Assembly (NCBI GenBank): GCA_019244295.1
Contig: JAFASX010000025.1
Location: 12,478 to 76,477 of the forward strand
Length of the DNA stretch: 64,000 nucleotides
DNA from: Pseudonocardia sp.
GTDB taxonomy: Bacteria > Actinomycetota > Actinomycetes > Mycobacteriales > Pseudonocardiaceae
Reading direction: 5' to 3'
In this document: positions 1-10,388 of the stretch, piece by piece
How the letters are laid out: each line of letters starts with the position of its first letter
Position numbering within the stretch: the stretch's first letter is position 1
Translations under genes and position numbers: made by a program
Notes under the pieces: generated by a model
The model's input: only the letters and a program-made list of their open reading frames with translations
Database searches by the model: none
Told to the model about the DNA's origin: nothing

Positions 1-64
1 TCCAGCTCGCCACGCCGCACGGAGATCCTCCACACCCATCGGGTCGTATTCTACCCTCGATTGG

Positions 65-358
65 TTATGGCACCTTCCGTCCCAACGCTGACCCGGCGCT
101 GTGAGCTGGGCACGGCCAGTGCGCGTTCGCTGTCGCTGACCGAGCCCGGAGAGTTCGTGCTCCCGCTCGGTGAGCCGGTCTGGACCCAGGTGCTGTTGAA
201 AGTGCTTGGCCAGCTCGAGGTGGAAGCCAAGTCCGCGCGCCAGGCGCTGGCACGCACGGCCGTCGAAGGGTTGCTGCACTCGGAGCGGGTCGGCCGACGG
301 GCGCGCTGGTTGTGCATCCGGGCAGCCGGGCGGCGCGCACATGCGAGTCAACGATCAC
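65..358 (-). pseudogene. Possible degraded amidohydrolase-family gene remnant, translationally coupled to the CoA ligase
   Basis: GTG start overlaps the ligase stop (GTGA, 355-358). N-terminus MIVDSHVRAARLP resembles the D-x-H-x-H start of amidohydrolases found beside actinobacterial benzoate-CoA ligases, but similarity is lost after about 13 codons. Confidence 0.25.
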
Positions 359-1815
359 GAGCTGCTGACGCGATCGCGCCGCGCCATCGCGGCACGAACC
401 AGGTAGCGCTGCAGCTTGCCGGTCGTGGTCTTGGGCAGCTTATCGACCACATCCACCCGGTGTGGACGTTTGAACGAGGCCAGCCCCGCGCGACAGAACT
501 CGATCAGGTCAGCCTCGGTCAACGCCGAACCGGACTTGATCACCACCGAGGCCACGGGTTTGTCCAACCCATTGGCGTCGGGTAAACCGACCACAGCGGC
601 TTCGGTCACCTCTGGATGTTCCAGCAGCCGGGCTTCCACCTCGCTCGGGCTGACCCAGATACCACCGGCCTTGATCATGTCATCGGAGCGGCCGAGGTAG
701 GTATAGGTGCCGCTCCGGTGTGTCCAGTACCGAGCCATCGGCCTCGTCGCGCAGCTGCACCTGATAGCCGGGCACTGGGTGTCCCGAACTGCCCAGACGG
801 ACAGCTCCCGGATAGTTCGACAAGAAGATGTGCAACGCTTCCGTGGAGCCGATCCCATCCAGGATCTCGAATCCGAACCGGTCGCGCATTCTGATGAACA
901 GGGTGGCCGGTAATGGTTCCCCAGCTGACACGCCCTGCCGGACGCTGACAAAGGCCTGGTCAGGGATCTCGCTGGCCAGGATCGCCGAGTAGAAGGTCGG
1001 CACCCCGAAGAACAGCGTGGGCTGGTGCCAGGAGACCACATCGGCTACCAGGCTGGGGCTTGGTCGGCCCGGTTCCAGCACCGTGCTCGCGCCAACCGAG
1101 AACGGGAAGAACACTGAGTTGCCGAGCCGTATGCAAAGAACAGCTTGGCCACCGAGTAGCAGCGATCGTCGTGGCGAATGTCAAGCACCTGTTGGCCGTA
1201 AGTTTCGCAGACGAACCGGATGCTACTGTGCCGGTGCATAGCGGCCTTCGGACTATCGGTTGTTCCCGAGGTGTAGAGCCACAGAGCGGGCGAGTCAGCC
1301 CAGCTCGGATACAGCGGGAAACACGTACCCTCATTGACCAACTCGTCCCAGCCGACGGCAGGCACAGCAAAACCGTGCGCGGCCACGCCGATAGTCACCA
1401 CGTGAGTCAGTTCGACGCCGGGCCCGGCTATCCGCGCGACGGCCGCGCTGGCGGTGTCCGCGAAGTCGACCGAGGTGACCAGCACCCTAGCCCGTGAGTC
1501 GGCCAGCAGCCCGGCCAGATCAGCGGCGGTGAGCATGGTCGAAACGGGGACCGCGACCGCGCCAAGGTACATCGTCCCGAGTAGGCCAGCGACCAGCTCA
1601 GGACAGTCAGCCGCGAAAAACATCACCCGTTCCTCAGCGTGCACCCCGAGCTCAGCCAGCCCCGCCGCCACCCCTACAACCCGCTCGCCGAGCTGCGCGT
1701 AACTCAGCTGGCCACCGGGGTGTATCAGGGCGACCCGCTCTCCATCTCCGGTCGTGACCCGGCGATGGACCAGGTAGTCGGCCGCATTGAAAACCTCTGG
1801 CGGCAAGAGCGGCAC
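355..1815 (-). pseudogene. Benzoate-CoA ligase family (ANL superfamily) pseudogene with a frameshift and an internal deletion
   Basis: Three frames carry consecutive parts: FNAADYLV...WLYTSGTTDSPKAAMHRH...AKLFFAYG (1045..1815 ORF); FFPFSVGA...DGIGSTEALHIFLSN...HPVPGY (680..1114 ORF); YTYLGRSDDMIKAGGIWVSPSEVE...LPKTTTGKLQRY (355..1041 ORF). There is a 1-nt loss near 1127 (TAC GG- CTC GGC AAC = YGLGN) and a frame-changing deletion junction near 715. Confidence 0.85.
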
Positions 1816-1818
1816 AGT

Positions 1819-1854
1819 GTCCTCCTCGGAGTCCTCCGCAAAGTCCTCCTCGGA
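1819..1854 (-). repeat. Three tandem 12-bp units, each containing a Shine-Dalgarno-like GGAGG, upstream of the ligase GTG
   Basis: On +: gtcctcctcgga (1819-30), gtcctccgcaaa (1831-42), gtcctcctcgga (1843-54). Confidence 0.7.
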
Positions 1855-1993
1855 ACCGAGAGGTAGAAACGCTGCCTACGGCCGGTCGAGGTGGTGCCCG
1901 CGGGTGCGTGACACCCACCGACCCAAGGGGGCTGGACCGTGACCGTATTCTGAGCTCCCAGCCGAACGCAGCCGACTCCCAGGGGGACAAATC

Positions 1994-3877
1994 GTGTTGA
2001 TTTCGGTGCGGTGGGCGACCGCCACCGTCGTGGTCGCACTGGTTTTCACGCTGGTCTGGATGGTGTCCGAGGTAGCGTACGACCTCGGGAACGCCACCGC
2101 GCTGGAGATCGCGGCGGTGGCGGCCGCAGCGGTTGGGTTGCCGTTGTCATGGTGGTCTTTCCGGGGGCAGCTGCTCGACGAGCCGGCCGAGGTCACCTGG
2201 GTCACCTGGCGGCGAGTGCCGGCCGCCCCAGCACAAGTCCTCTCCCGTGCCGCTGACCAGGCTAAACTGGAGTCGGCCTTCAGCGGAAAGAAACCCCCCC
2301 GGGTGGTGGTTATCAGCGGGGCCTCAGGAACCGGCAAGACTGAACTGGCAGCCAGTTTCGCGCGAGCCCGTCTCGCCGAGCGCTGGCCCCTGGTGGCCTG
2401 GGTCAACGCGGGTACCAACGAGGAGATGCTGGCTGGTCTGCTGGAGTTCGCCGATGCGCTGAGCTTGCGGGTGGCCGAAGAGGGTTCCGCGCGAGCCTGT
2501 GAACGGTTGCGCCAGCACCAGCCCACCGGAACTCAACCGTCGGTGATCGTCTTCGACGGTGTGGTCGACGTTGACGCGGTGCGGCCATTCCTGCCCGATG
2601 CCGACGGCTGGCGGGTCCTGGTGACCAGCAGCGCGCCCAACGCCGGCCAGCTGGGCACGGAAATCGCGTTGGAGCCATTCGCGCTCGCCGAAGCCAGCAA
2701 ACAAACCCAGCTGCCTGAGGAAGTGGGGCAGGCACTCGGCCGTCTTCCAGCGGCACTCGCGCTAGCCAGCGCCACCGTCCGGGAACACCGCAGTAATCAG
2801 CCGTACCTCACGCGGCTGCGTGAGGCGAAGCTAAACGTGGCACGAATGCTCGGCGATCGCCCCGGGAACGACGAGCACGCGCAGCGATACCCCAGCGGCG
2901 CCGCCGGGGCAATCCTGCTGGCCATGACCGACCTCGGCTTCGAGGCAGACGGGTTGGAGGCAGGCGACTCCGAGCCGCTCGTCCGGAGGGTGCTCGGGCT
3001 GCTCGCGGTGTTGTCCCCGGGCGGGATGTCGCATGCGTTGCTGTACGAGGTCGACGAACCGGCTCGGGTCGATGAGGTGCTTGAGCGGCTGAACCGTTGC
3101 TCGCTGGCTTTCAGCCGGATGGATGGCGACAGCGTCTTCCTGCACGAGCTCACGCGCAGAGTGGTCGCCGACCGGCTATGTGCCTCTTCAGCGTTGCCCT
3201 CGATCATCGCCGAAGCCGCCGGCCTGCTGCGGCGGGCCACCTTTGGCGATGACCAGGCGTGGGATCGGCGAGGCGAGGGCGATCTGCTGGTCGCGCACAT
3301 CGCGGCGCTGTCCACCAGCGCCGGATCAGTGTTGACCTCGTTGCCGATCGAAACCACCGAACAGATACTTGGCCTGCGGCATTGGGCAACCCGCCAGCTC
3401 AGCGCAGTCGGCGACGGGGCGCGAGCGGTCGATATGGCCGATATCAGCCGGTCCACATGCGAGAAACTGTTCGGCGCTCAGCATCCTGACACACTGGTTG
3501 CCTCGGATAACCTGGTCATCGCCTACGCGACGGCTGGCCGAGCGGCTGACGGCATCCCGCTGGCTGAGGAGACGCTGGCGATCCGGGAGCGAGTGCTTGG
3601 CGCCGACCACCCGGACACCCTGGCCTCCCGGTACAGCCTGGCTTACGTGCACGAGTACGCGGGGCGCCTGGACGAGGCGGAGCCGCTGTATGACAACGCC
3701 TACATCGAGTATGCGCGAGTGTTGGGAGCCAACCACCCGCAAACGGCAACCGTCCACACCGCGCTGAATCGGGTACGACGGCTGCGGCCGCCGCAGGTCA
3801 AGGCCATGCCCCTCAACCGAGGCAGCCAGGTCCAAGTAGAGCCTTCAGATCACCCATCAGCGCCGAGCTGGGGGTGA
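1994..3877 (+). CDS. Membrane-anchored STAND (NB-ARC-like) NTPase with C-terminal TPR repeats
   Basis: Two hydrophobic N-terminal segments; Walker A GASGTGKT; WINA-like WVNAG; Walker B VIVFDGV; VLVTS; GxLPxAL-like [10 protein letters not shown]; TPR_12-type repeats ([33 protein letters not shown]). The 3' end overlaps the dnaE 3' end by 65 nt. Confidence 0.85.
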   Translation: MLISVRWATATVVVALVFTLVWMVSEVAYDLGNATALEIAAVAAAAVGLPLSWWSFRGQLLDEPAEVTWVTWRRVPAAPAQVLSRAADQAKLESAFSGKKPPRVVVISGASGTGKTELAASFARARLAERWPLVAWVNAGTNEEMLAGLLEFADALSLRVAEEGSARACERLRQHQPTGTQPSVIVFDGVVDVDAVRPFLPDADGWRVLVTSSAPNAGQLGTEIALEPFALAEASKQTQLPEEVGQALGRLPAALALASATVREHRSNQPYLTRLREAKLNVARMLGDRPGNDEHAQRYPSGAAGAILLAMTDLGFEADGLEAGDSEPLVRRVLGLLAVLSPGGMSHALLYEVDEPARVDEVLERLNRCSLAFSRMDGDSVFLHELTRRVVADRLCASSALPSIIAEAAGLLRRATFGDDQAWDRRGEGDLLVAHIAALSTSAGSVLTSLPIETTEQILGLRHWATRQLSAVGDGARAVDMADISRSTCEKLFGAQHPDTLVASDNLVIAYATAGRAADGIPLAEETLAIRERVLGADHPDTLASRYSLAYVHEYAGRLDEAEPLYDNAYIEYARVLGANHPQTATVHTALNRVRRLRPPQVKAMPLNRGSQVQVEPSDHPSAPSWG

Positions 3878-6800
3878 CTCGCAGACGGTCATCCAGCTTC
3901 AGCACGGTCGTGCGGGTCCCGTTGAGCAGCCGCAAGTGCACCTCGTGGCTGCCAGGGTGGCTGCCTAGGACGTCCTTGAGCTTGGACACCCGCGTCGGTG
4001 TGCAGTGGTCTGCACGCAGACTGACCTGCAGCGCGGCAGCGCTCCCACCGGCTCCGGCCAGGTCCGGCACCGCCAGGTCGTTTGCGATGAGTGACACCCG
4101 CTCGTCGCGTCGATTCACCCGGGCTTTGACCAGCACGATCGCGTCCTCAGCCAGGTCCATCCCGACCACCGCGTAGATCTTGGGGAAGAACAGCACCTCG
4201 ATCCCACCGGCTAGATCCTCCAACTGCGCAACCGCCCAGGGCTCGCCGTTCTTGTTGATCCGGCGAGTCAGCGAGGCCAAGATACCGCCGACGGTGACCT
4301 GAGCGCCCTCAGCGACGGTCCCGTCCAGGATCGACGGGATGGTGGTGTCCGTCTTGGCCGCGAGCACCTGCTCTACCCCGTGCAGCGGGTGACCCGAGAC
4401 GTAAAGCCCGAGCATCTCCCGCTCCACCGCGAGCCGATGCTTAGCGTCCCACTCCTCGGCCGGTACCGGGATGTCGAACACCCCGCCCCAGCTGTCGGTG
4501 GCGCTATCAGTTAGCGAGCCGAACAGGTCGAACTGTCCCATCGAAGCGGCCCGTTTGGTGCTCATCACCGAGTCCACGGCGTCGCTGTGCACCATGAGCA
4601 GGCCCTTGCGCGAATGACCCAACGAGTCGAAGGCACCGGCTTTGATCAGCGATTCAATGACTTTCTTGTTGCAGACCACCGCATCAACCGCGCGCAGGAA
4701 ATGCGAGAAATCAGTGAAGGCGCCGGCCTCTTTGCGGGCGGCGACAATCGCGTCGACGACGTTGAACCCGACGTTGCGGATCGCGCCGAGGCCGAACCGG
4801 ATGGCGTCGCCGACCGGCGCGAAGTCGCGCACTGAGGAGTTGACGTCCGGGGGCAGCACGGTGATGCCCATCTTGCGGCATTCAGCCAGATAGACCGCCG
4901 CTTTGTCTTTATCGTCACGCACGCTGGTCAACACCGCGGCCATGTACTCGGCGGGATAGTTCGCCTTGAGATACGCGGTCCAATAGGCGACAACGCCATA
5001 GGCGGCCGAGTGCGCCCGGTTGAACGCGTAGTCGGAGAATGGAAGCAAGATATCCCACAGCGTTTTGATCGCGTCTTCGGAATAGCCGTGGTCCTTCATC
5101 CCCTGGGCGAAGCTGCCGTGTTCCTTGTCCAGGATCTCCTTTTTCTTCTTGCCCATCGCCCGACGCAGCAGATCGGCCTTGCCAAGTGAGTACCCGGCCA
5201 GCTTCTGCGCGATAGCCATGACCTGTTCCTGGTAGACGATCAGGCCATAGGTCTCGCCGAGGATGTCCTTGAGCGGCTCGGCGAGCTCCGGATGAATAGG
5301 CGTGACCTCTTGGCGGGCGTTCTTGCGGTCGGCGTAGTCATTGTGCGCATTCGCCCCCATCGGACCGGGCCGGTACAGCGCGATCACGGCGGAAATGTCG
5401 TCGAAATCGGTGGGCGTCATCCGGCGCAGCAGATCGCGCAGCGGACCGCCGTCCAGCTGGAACACCCCGAGGGTGTCTCCCTGGGCGAGCAGATCGTAGG
5501 TAGCCGGGTCGTCCAGCTCGACATCCTCGATGACCAGCTTCGGCTTGCCGTTGAGCTCAATGTTCTCCAGGGCGTCATCGATGATTGTGAGGTTGCGCAG
5601 GCCAAGGAAGTCCATCTTGAGCAGCCCGAGGGTCTCGCAGGCGCCCATGTCGAACTGGGTAATGATCGCGCCGTCGGCTTCCCGACGCTGGATCGGGATG
5701 ACGTCCAGCAGCGGCTTACTGGACATAATCACGCCGGCCGCGTGCACGCCCCACTGCCGCTTGAGACCTTCCAGCCCGCGCGCGGTGTCAATGATCTCTT
5801 TGACCTGCGGGTCGGCCTCATAAAGCGCGCGCACCTCGGTGGCTTCGGAGTAGCGCTTATGCGATGGATCGAAAATCCCGGAGAGCGGGATGTCCTTGCC
5901 CATCACCGCCGGCGGCATCGCCTTGGTAATCCGGTCGGCCACCGAATAGCCCGGTTGGCCAAACAGCACCCGCGCGGAATCCTTGATCGCGGCCTTAGCC
6001 TTGATCGTGGAGTAGGTGATGATCTGGGCGATCCGGTCCTCGCCGTACTTCTCGGTGGTGTAGCGGATCATCTCGCCGCGCCGACGCTCGTCGAAGTCCA
6101 TGTCGATGTCGGGCATCGAAATGCGCTCGGGGTTGAGAAACCGCTCGAAGATCAGCTTGTGCTTGATCGGGTCCAGGTCGGTGATACCCAGCGCGTAGGC
6201 GACCAGAGACCCAGCCGCGCTGCCCCGGCCTGGCCCGCAGCGGATGCCGACCGATTTGGCGTATTGGATCAGATCAGCGGTCACCAGGAAGTATCCCGGG
6301 AAGCCCATCTTGATGATGACGCCGAGCTCGTATTCGACCTGCTTGCGGTAGCGCTCGGTCACCCCGTTGAGGAACCGTCGGTGCATGCCGCGCTCGACTT
6401 CTTTGACCAGCCAGCTCTCCTCCGTTTCCCCTTCCGGGACGGGGGCGCGAGGCATCAGGTCCTGACCCTCGGTAAAACTGACGCCGACTCGCTCGGCGAT
6501 CAGCAGCGTGTTGTCGCAGGCCTCCGGGAACTCGCTGTCCCACTGGTCGCGCATCTCCGCTGGCGACTTGAGATAGAAGTCCTGGGCGTCAAACTTGAAC
6601 CGATTGGGGTCGGCGAGCGTCTTGCCGGTCTGCACGCACAGCAGCACCTCGTGCGGCCTGGCGTCCTCGGCGTAGGTGTAGTGCAGATCGTTAGTAGCCA
6701 GGCCGGGCAGATCCAGCCGCTTCTTGAGGTCGAACAGGTCTTTTTGAACTTGTTTTTCGATGGCGATTCCGTGGTCCATCAACTCGCAGAAGAAGTTGTC

Positions 6801-7358
6801 CTTGCCGAAAATGTCCCGGTAGTCGCTGGCGGCCTGGCAGGCATCGTTAAATCGGCCCTGCTGCAGCAGCCGCTGCACCTCACCGGACGGGCAACCGGTG
6901 GTCGCGATGATCCCTTTGCCGTGGGTTTGCAGCAGCTCCCGGTCCATCCGGGGTTTGTAGTAGTAGCCCTCTAGCGACGCCAGGCTGGACAGCCGGAAGA
7001 GGTTATGCATCCCTTCAGTGTTTTCCGCCAACAGCGTCATGTGCGTGTACATCTCACCCGGGTTGTCATCGGAGATAACTTGGCCGCCGAGCGTCGCCCG
7101 CTTGCGCTCGTGTCGGCTGCCTGGGGAGAGGTAACCCTCTATCCCGATGATCGGCTTAATCCCGTGCGCTTTGGCCTTGCGCCAGAACTCGAAAGCGCCG
7201 TAGACGTTGCCGTGGTCGGTCATCGCCAGTGCCGGCATGCCCATCCGGACCGCCTCGGTGAACAGGTCGTCCAGCCGCGCCGCGCCGTCGAGCATGGAGA
7301 ACTCGGTATGCACGTGCAGATGTACGAAGCCGTCGGCGGCAGATCCCGCACGGGTCAT
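3813..7358 (-). CDS. dnaE: DNA polymerase III alpha subunit
   Basis: PHP domain [17 protein letters not shown]; [14 protein letters not shown]; PDIDMDFD; [11 protein letters not shown]; C-terminal OB fold. SD AAGGAG before ATG 7358. No intein-sized insertion seen. Confidence 0.98.
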   Translation of the reverse strand: MTRAGSAADGFVHLHVHTEFSMLDGAARLDDLFTEAVRMGMPALAMTDHGNVYGAFEFWRKAKAHGIKPIIGIEGYLSPGSRHERKRATLGGQVISDDNPGEMYTHMTLLAENTEGMHNLFRLSSLASLEGYYYKPRMDRELLQTHGKGIIATTGCPSGEVQRLLQQGRFNDACQAASDYRDIFGKDNFFCELMDHGIAIEKQVQKDLFDLKKRLDLPGLATNDLHYTYAEDARPHEVLLCVQTGKTLADPNRFKFDAQDFYLKSPAEMRDQWDSEFPEACDNTLLIAERVGVSFTEGQDLMPRAPVPEGETEESWLVKEVERGMHRRFLNGVTERYRKQVEYELGVIIKMGFPGYFLVTADLIQYAKSVGIRCGPGRGSAAGSLVAYALGITDLDPIKHKLIFERFLNPERISMPDIDMDFDERRRGEMIRYTTEKYGEDRIAQIITYSTIKAKAAIKDSARVLFGQPGYSVADRITKAMPPAVMGKDIPLSGIFDPSHKRYSEATEVRALYEADPQVKEIIDTARGLEGLKRQWGVHAAGVIMSSKPLLDVIPIQRREADGAIITQFDMGACETLGLLKMDFLGLRNLTIIDDALENIELNGKPKLVIEDVELDDPATYDLLAQGDTLGVFQLDGGPLRDLLRRMTPTDFDDISAVIALYRPGPMGANAHNDYADRKNARQEVTPIHPELAEPLKDILGETYGLIVYQEQVMAIAQKLAGYSLGKADLLRRAMGKKKKEILDKEHGSFAQGMKDHGYSEDAIKTLWDILLPFSDYAFNRAHSAAYGVVAYWTAYLKANYPAEYMAAVLTSVRDDKDKAAVYLAECRKMGITVLPPDVNSSVRDFAPVGDAIRFGLGAIRNVGFNVVDAIVAARKEAGAFTDFSHFLRAVDAVVCNKKVIESLIKAGAFDSLGHSRKGLLMVHSDAVDSVMSTKRAASMGQFDLFGSLTDSATDSWGGVFDIPVPAEEWDAKHRLAVEREMLGLYVSGHPLHGVEQVLAAKTDTTIPSILDGTVAEGAQVTVGGILASLTRRINKNGEPWAVAQLEDLAGGIEVLFFPKIYAVVGMDLAEDAIVLVKARVNRRDERVSLIANDLAVPDLAGAGGSAAALQVSLRADHCTPTRVSKLKDVLGSHPGSHEVHLRLLNGTRTTVLKLDDRLRVTPSSALMGDLKALLGPGCLG

Positions 7359-7589
7359 GGACAAACTCCTTCCCCGCTGGCAGCGACCGGTGGGATACGT
7401 GACGCCCACGCGGGCCGCGGCCGCCGGTGACGCGACGAGGGACAGCTCAATCTAGTCGCGAACCCCGTCTCGGATCGGAATCGGGCCTCGGTCGGCAGAA
7501 CGCACTGCTCAGCACCCGCTTCAGCGTGTCGCGACGCGGCCGATCGCGGAGAATGCCACCAAAGCGTGCCTAACAGGAGGATGCCCGCA

Positions 7590-7670
7590 GTGACCGTATA
7601 CCGCGCCGAGGTGACCCGCGTCACACCAAGCCGAGCAACTCATCAAGGGCTCGTCAAGGGCACGCGCTAG
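7590..7670 (+). other. Small ORF (26 aa, MTVYRAEVTRVTPSRATHQGLVKGTR) with strong SD; possible truncated HicB-like antitoxin start
   Basis: AGGAGG at 7575-80, GTG at 7590, TAG at 7668-70. The first 10 residues resemble actinobacterial HicB-like N-termini (from memory). Confidence 0.25.
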
Positions 7671-7683
7671 AGCACAGCCAAAG

Positions 7684-8742
7684 ATGGAAACCCGCCAGGG
7701 CGGTGTCGCTCATGCGCTCGACCTGATCCGCGCTCGTGGTGGCGCGGCTCAGCTGTGTGTGCTGCGCGACGGACAGGTCATGGTCGACCAGGCGGTCGGA
7801 TGCGCGCCAGGCTCTCTGTTCTGGATTTTCTCGGCGAGCAAACCCTTCGTCGCGTTGCTGATTCACCTGCTCGCCCAATGCGGCCAGCTCAGCCTCGACG
7901 ACCCCGTCGCCAGCTACTGGCCGGGCTTTGGCAATCACGGCAAGGCCATGGTCACCATTCGACACGTCCTGCGGCACCGCTCAGGTATGTCCACCGCGCA
8001 CGGCATGCTTACCGATGCTTTGGCCATGACCGATTGGGAGCAATCAATACACAATATTGAACGCGCCACTTTGCGCTGGCCGCTGGGAGAGGTGCTGGCT
8101 TACCAGCCAATCATCCACGGCTTCATCCTCGGTGAGGTCATCCGTCTGACCACGGGGGTAGACATAGCCGAGTTCTTACGCAGCGAGTTTCTCAACCCGC
8201 TCGGTCTCACCGACACGTATCTCGGGCTCCCTAATAATCTGTGGCCGCGACACGTGCCGATCCGGGCGACAAACGCGAGTGGCGTGCCCACCCAGTGGCT
8301 GGTCAACCGCCGGGCAATCCGTCAAGCGGTGATACCAGCCGCCGGTATCTCGACCACGGCCCGAGACCTCGCCCGCTTCTACCAGGCGCTGCTGTGCGAT
8401 GGCGAACTCGATGGCGTGCAAATCATCAAACCGGCGGCTATTCACGAAGCCAGAAAGCTTTCCAGCGAAGGCGACATCGACAAGGTCACCAGGCTGCCCG
8501 TCTGGTGGGGACAGGGATTCCAGCTGAGCGCGTCCGCGCGCGACGGCAACATACCTGGGCCCATGGGACAGCTGAGTAGCCCAGCGACGTTCGGTCATAA
8601 CGGCAGCTACTGCTGCATCGCCTGGGCCGACCCAACCCGGCGGCTCGCGTTCGCCCACTTGACGAACTTGCTGCCACTGCCGAGGGAGGGGATCCGCCAC
8701 CATAGCCAGGTAGCCGACCCGATCCTGGCCGCTTGTTCTTGA
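7684..8742 (+). CDS. Serine hydrolase, beta-lactamase class C/EstB family
   Basis: SxxK motif FSASK; PVASYWPGF; VTIRHVLRHRSG; AYQP; IPAAGISTTARDLARFY; FGHNG. Confidence 0.9.
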   Translation: METRQGGVAHALDLIRARGGAAQLCVLRDGQVMVDQAVGCAPGSLFWIFSASKPFVALLIHLLAQCGQLSLDDPVASYWPGFGNHGKAMVTIRHVLRHRSGMSTAHGMLTDALAMTDWEQSIHNIERATLRWPLGEVLAYQPIIHGFILGEVIRLTTGVDIAEFLRSEFLNPLGLTDTYLGLPNNLWPRHVPIRATNASGVPTQWLVNRRAIRQAVIPAAGISTTARDLARFYQALLCDGELDGVQIIKPAAIHEARKLSSEGDIDKVTRLPVWWGQGFQLSASARDGNIPGPMGQLSSPATFGHNGSYCCIAWADPTRRLAFAHLTNLLPLPREGIRHHSQVADPILAACS

Positions 8743-8756
8743 TCGGAACTGCTCAG

Positions 8757-8807
8757 AACTGTCGTACCGTCCCGACACGATGCGACTATGAACCCGGAGG
8801 TGACGCC
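8757..8807 (+). repeat. 51-bp direct repeat copy 1; promoter/RBS region of the Uma2 gene
   Basis: aactgtcgtaccgtcccgacacgatgcgactatgaacccggaggtgacgcc; 48/51 identical to 9426-9476. Confidence 0.9.
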
Positions 8808-8810
8808 ACT

Positions 8811-9359
8811 ATGTCTGTCCTACAGGAACGGTACCTGCGCGACGGTCCATGGACCGAACCCGAATTCCTCGCGCTCCCCGAAGACCGACGGGTCGAGCTG
8901 CTCGACGGGGAACTGCTGGTGAGCCCGTCAGCCAGCAGCCGACACCAGCGGCTGTCGTTCCGGCTCTGCGTCGCGTTGGAGGCTGCTCGGCCAGCCGGCA
9001 TGGAAGTCCTCGAAGCGGTCAATGTCCGGGTCGGTCCTGACCGGATCCTGATCCCCGACCTCGCGATAGTGACCCGCCCAGAGGAGGACATCGCGGTCTT
9101 CGACGCCGCCGACGTCCTCATGCTCGTCGAGATTGCCAGCCCAAGCAACGTCGCAATAGACCGGGCGATCAAACCACAGCTCTACGCGGCCGCCGGCATC
9201 CCGTATTACGTACGGATTGAATGCACCGGTCCCACCGCGCTGCCCCACCGGCTCCACGACGGCCGATACATAGCTGATGGGGGCGGATCGGTTTTACGGC
9301 TTCAGGACCCGTTTCCAGTCGAGGTGGATCTGCCGAAGCTGCTGGGCGTTCGCCGCTAG
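8811..9359 (+). CDS. Uma2 family (DUF820) PD-(D/E)xK endonuclease
   Basis: WTEPEFLALPEDRRVELLDGELLVSP..HQ; IPDLAIV; LVEIASPS...K..LYAAAGIPYY. SD GGAGG at 8796-8800. Confidence 0.9.
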   Translation: MSVLQERYLRDGPWTEPEFLALPEDRRVELLDGELLVSPSASSRHQRLSFRLCVALEAARPAGMEVLEAVNVRVGPDRILIPDLAIVTRPEEDIAVFDAADVLMLVEIASPSNVAIDRAIKPQLYAAAGIPYYVRIECTGPTALPHRLHDGRYIADGGGSVLRLQDPFPVEVDLPKLLGVRR

Positions 9360-9425
9360 ATCCGCCGAGTGCCGCGCGTTCATTTCATCGGACGCTGTCC
9401 AGACCAGCTGAGACGGGCCAGCCGA

Positions 9426-9476
9426 AACTGTCGTACCGCCCCGGCACGATGCGACTATGAACCCGGAGATGACGCC
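9426..9476 (+). repeat. 51-bp direct repeat copy 2, with no downstream start codon
   Basis: aactgtcgtaccgccccggcacgatgcgactatgaacccggagatgacgcc. Confidence 0.9.
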
Positions 9477-9740
9477 CGGTCGGCGAGGGCCTCCGCCCGC
9501 GCCAGCCGGTCCCAGGCCTGCCCTCGGTCGGACCGTCCGGCGGCGATGACCGCTCCGATCAGCCACAGGGCACCGGTCACCGACAGCACATCCGGCTCGT
9601 TGGGGGCGTCAAGCGCTCGGCCATCCGCACCACGAGCGATTCGGCCTCGTCGACCCGGTCCGCCCGAAGCAGGCGCAGACCACCTGACGCGCTCGGGTAA
9701 CCGGAGAACCCCCTGGGTGACGTCGAGCCGAGCGGCGCAC
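9477..9740 (-). pseudogene. Internal fragment of an actinobacterial XRE-family regulator (helical C-terminal domain)
   Basis: Two minus frames read LLRADRVDEAESLVVRMAERL and PDVLSVTGALWLIGAVIAAGRSDRGQAWDRLARAEALAD. No HTH or start codon; the fragment ends at repeat copy 2. Confidence 0.5.
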
Positions 9741-9829
9741 CGCCTCCGCCCACTGCTGATCGATACCGATTGTTAAACGTACTTTCACACGTTCCATCCC
9801 ACGTCTCGGTCACCGCATTCGACAGCGGG

Positions 9830-10378
9830 TCAGCGCCATTTGATCCCGCACCCGATGGAGGGCTGTTGGTCCTGCTCCACCGGCCGCCCGGCCAGCACCG
9901 CCTCGACTGCGGCCCGGACGTCCGCACAGGTCACCGGCACACCGCTGCCCGGGCGTGAGCCATCCAACCGGCCCCGGTAGACCAGCCGCCGCGCCGGGTC
10001 GAAGACAAACGTGTCCGGTGTGCAAGCCGCCGAGTAGGCACGGGCCACGTCCTGGGTCTGGTCGTAGAGATACGGGAACGTCCAGCCGTGCCGAGCCGCC
10101 TCAGCGGCCATCGCCTCGGGGCCGTCCTGGGGATAGGCGACGACGTCGTTGGAGGAGATGCCGACCATCGGGACGCCCTTCGCGGCCAGGTCGCGGCCGA
10201 GATCGGCCAGCCCGGCGGCGACGTGTTGCACGTACGGGCAGTGGTTGCAGAGGAACGTCACCACCAGCGCCGGACCGGTCAGCTCGGTGGAGCGGACCAC
10301 GGCGCCGGTGGCGGGCTCGGGCAGGGCGAACGCAGGGGCGGGGGTGCCCAGGGCGAGCATCGTGGACTGTGCGGCCAT
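9830..10378 (-). CDS. Thioredoxin-family (AhpC/TSA-like) protein
   Basis: MAAQSTMLALGTPAPAFALP; FLCNHCPYV; ISSND; AYSAACTPDTFVFD; VYRGRLD; PSIGCGIKW. Confidence 0.92.
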   Translation of the reverse strand: MAAQSTMLALGTPAPAFALPEPATGAVVRSTELTGPALVVTFLCNHCPYVQHVAAGLADLGRDLAAKGVPMVGISSNDVVAYPQDGPEAMAAEAARHGWTFPYLYDQTQDVARAYSAACTPDTFVFDPARRLVYRGRLDGSRPGSGVPVTCADVRAAVEAVLAGRPVEQDQQPSIGCGIKWR

Positions 10379-10388
10379 GGCCACCAGG

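Noticed and set aside
5292-6974. 560-aa plus-strand ORF
   Set aside because: Antisense shadow of dnaE, typical of high-GC codon bias; no recognisable motifs. The same applies to 26942..28093 (ileS) and similar long antisense ORFs.
3813-7358. Intein or split in dnaE
   Set aside because: Length (about 1180 aa) and continuous motifs fit an uninterrupted enzyme.
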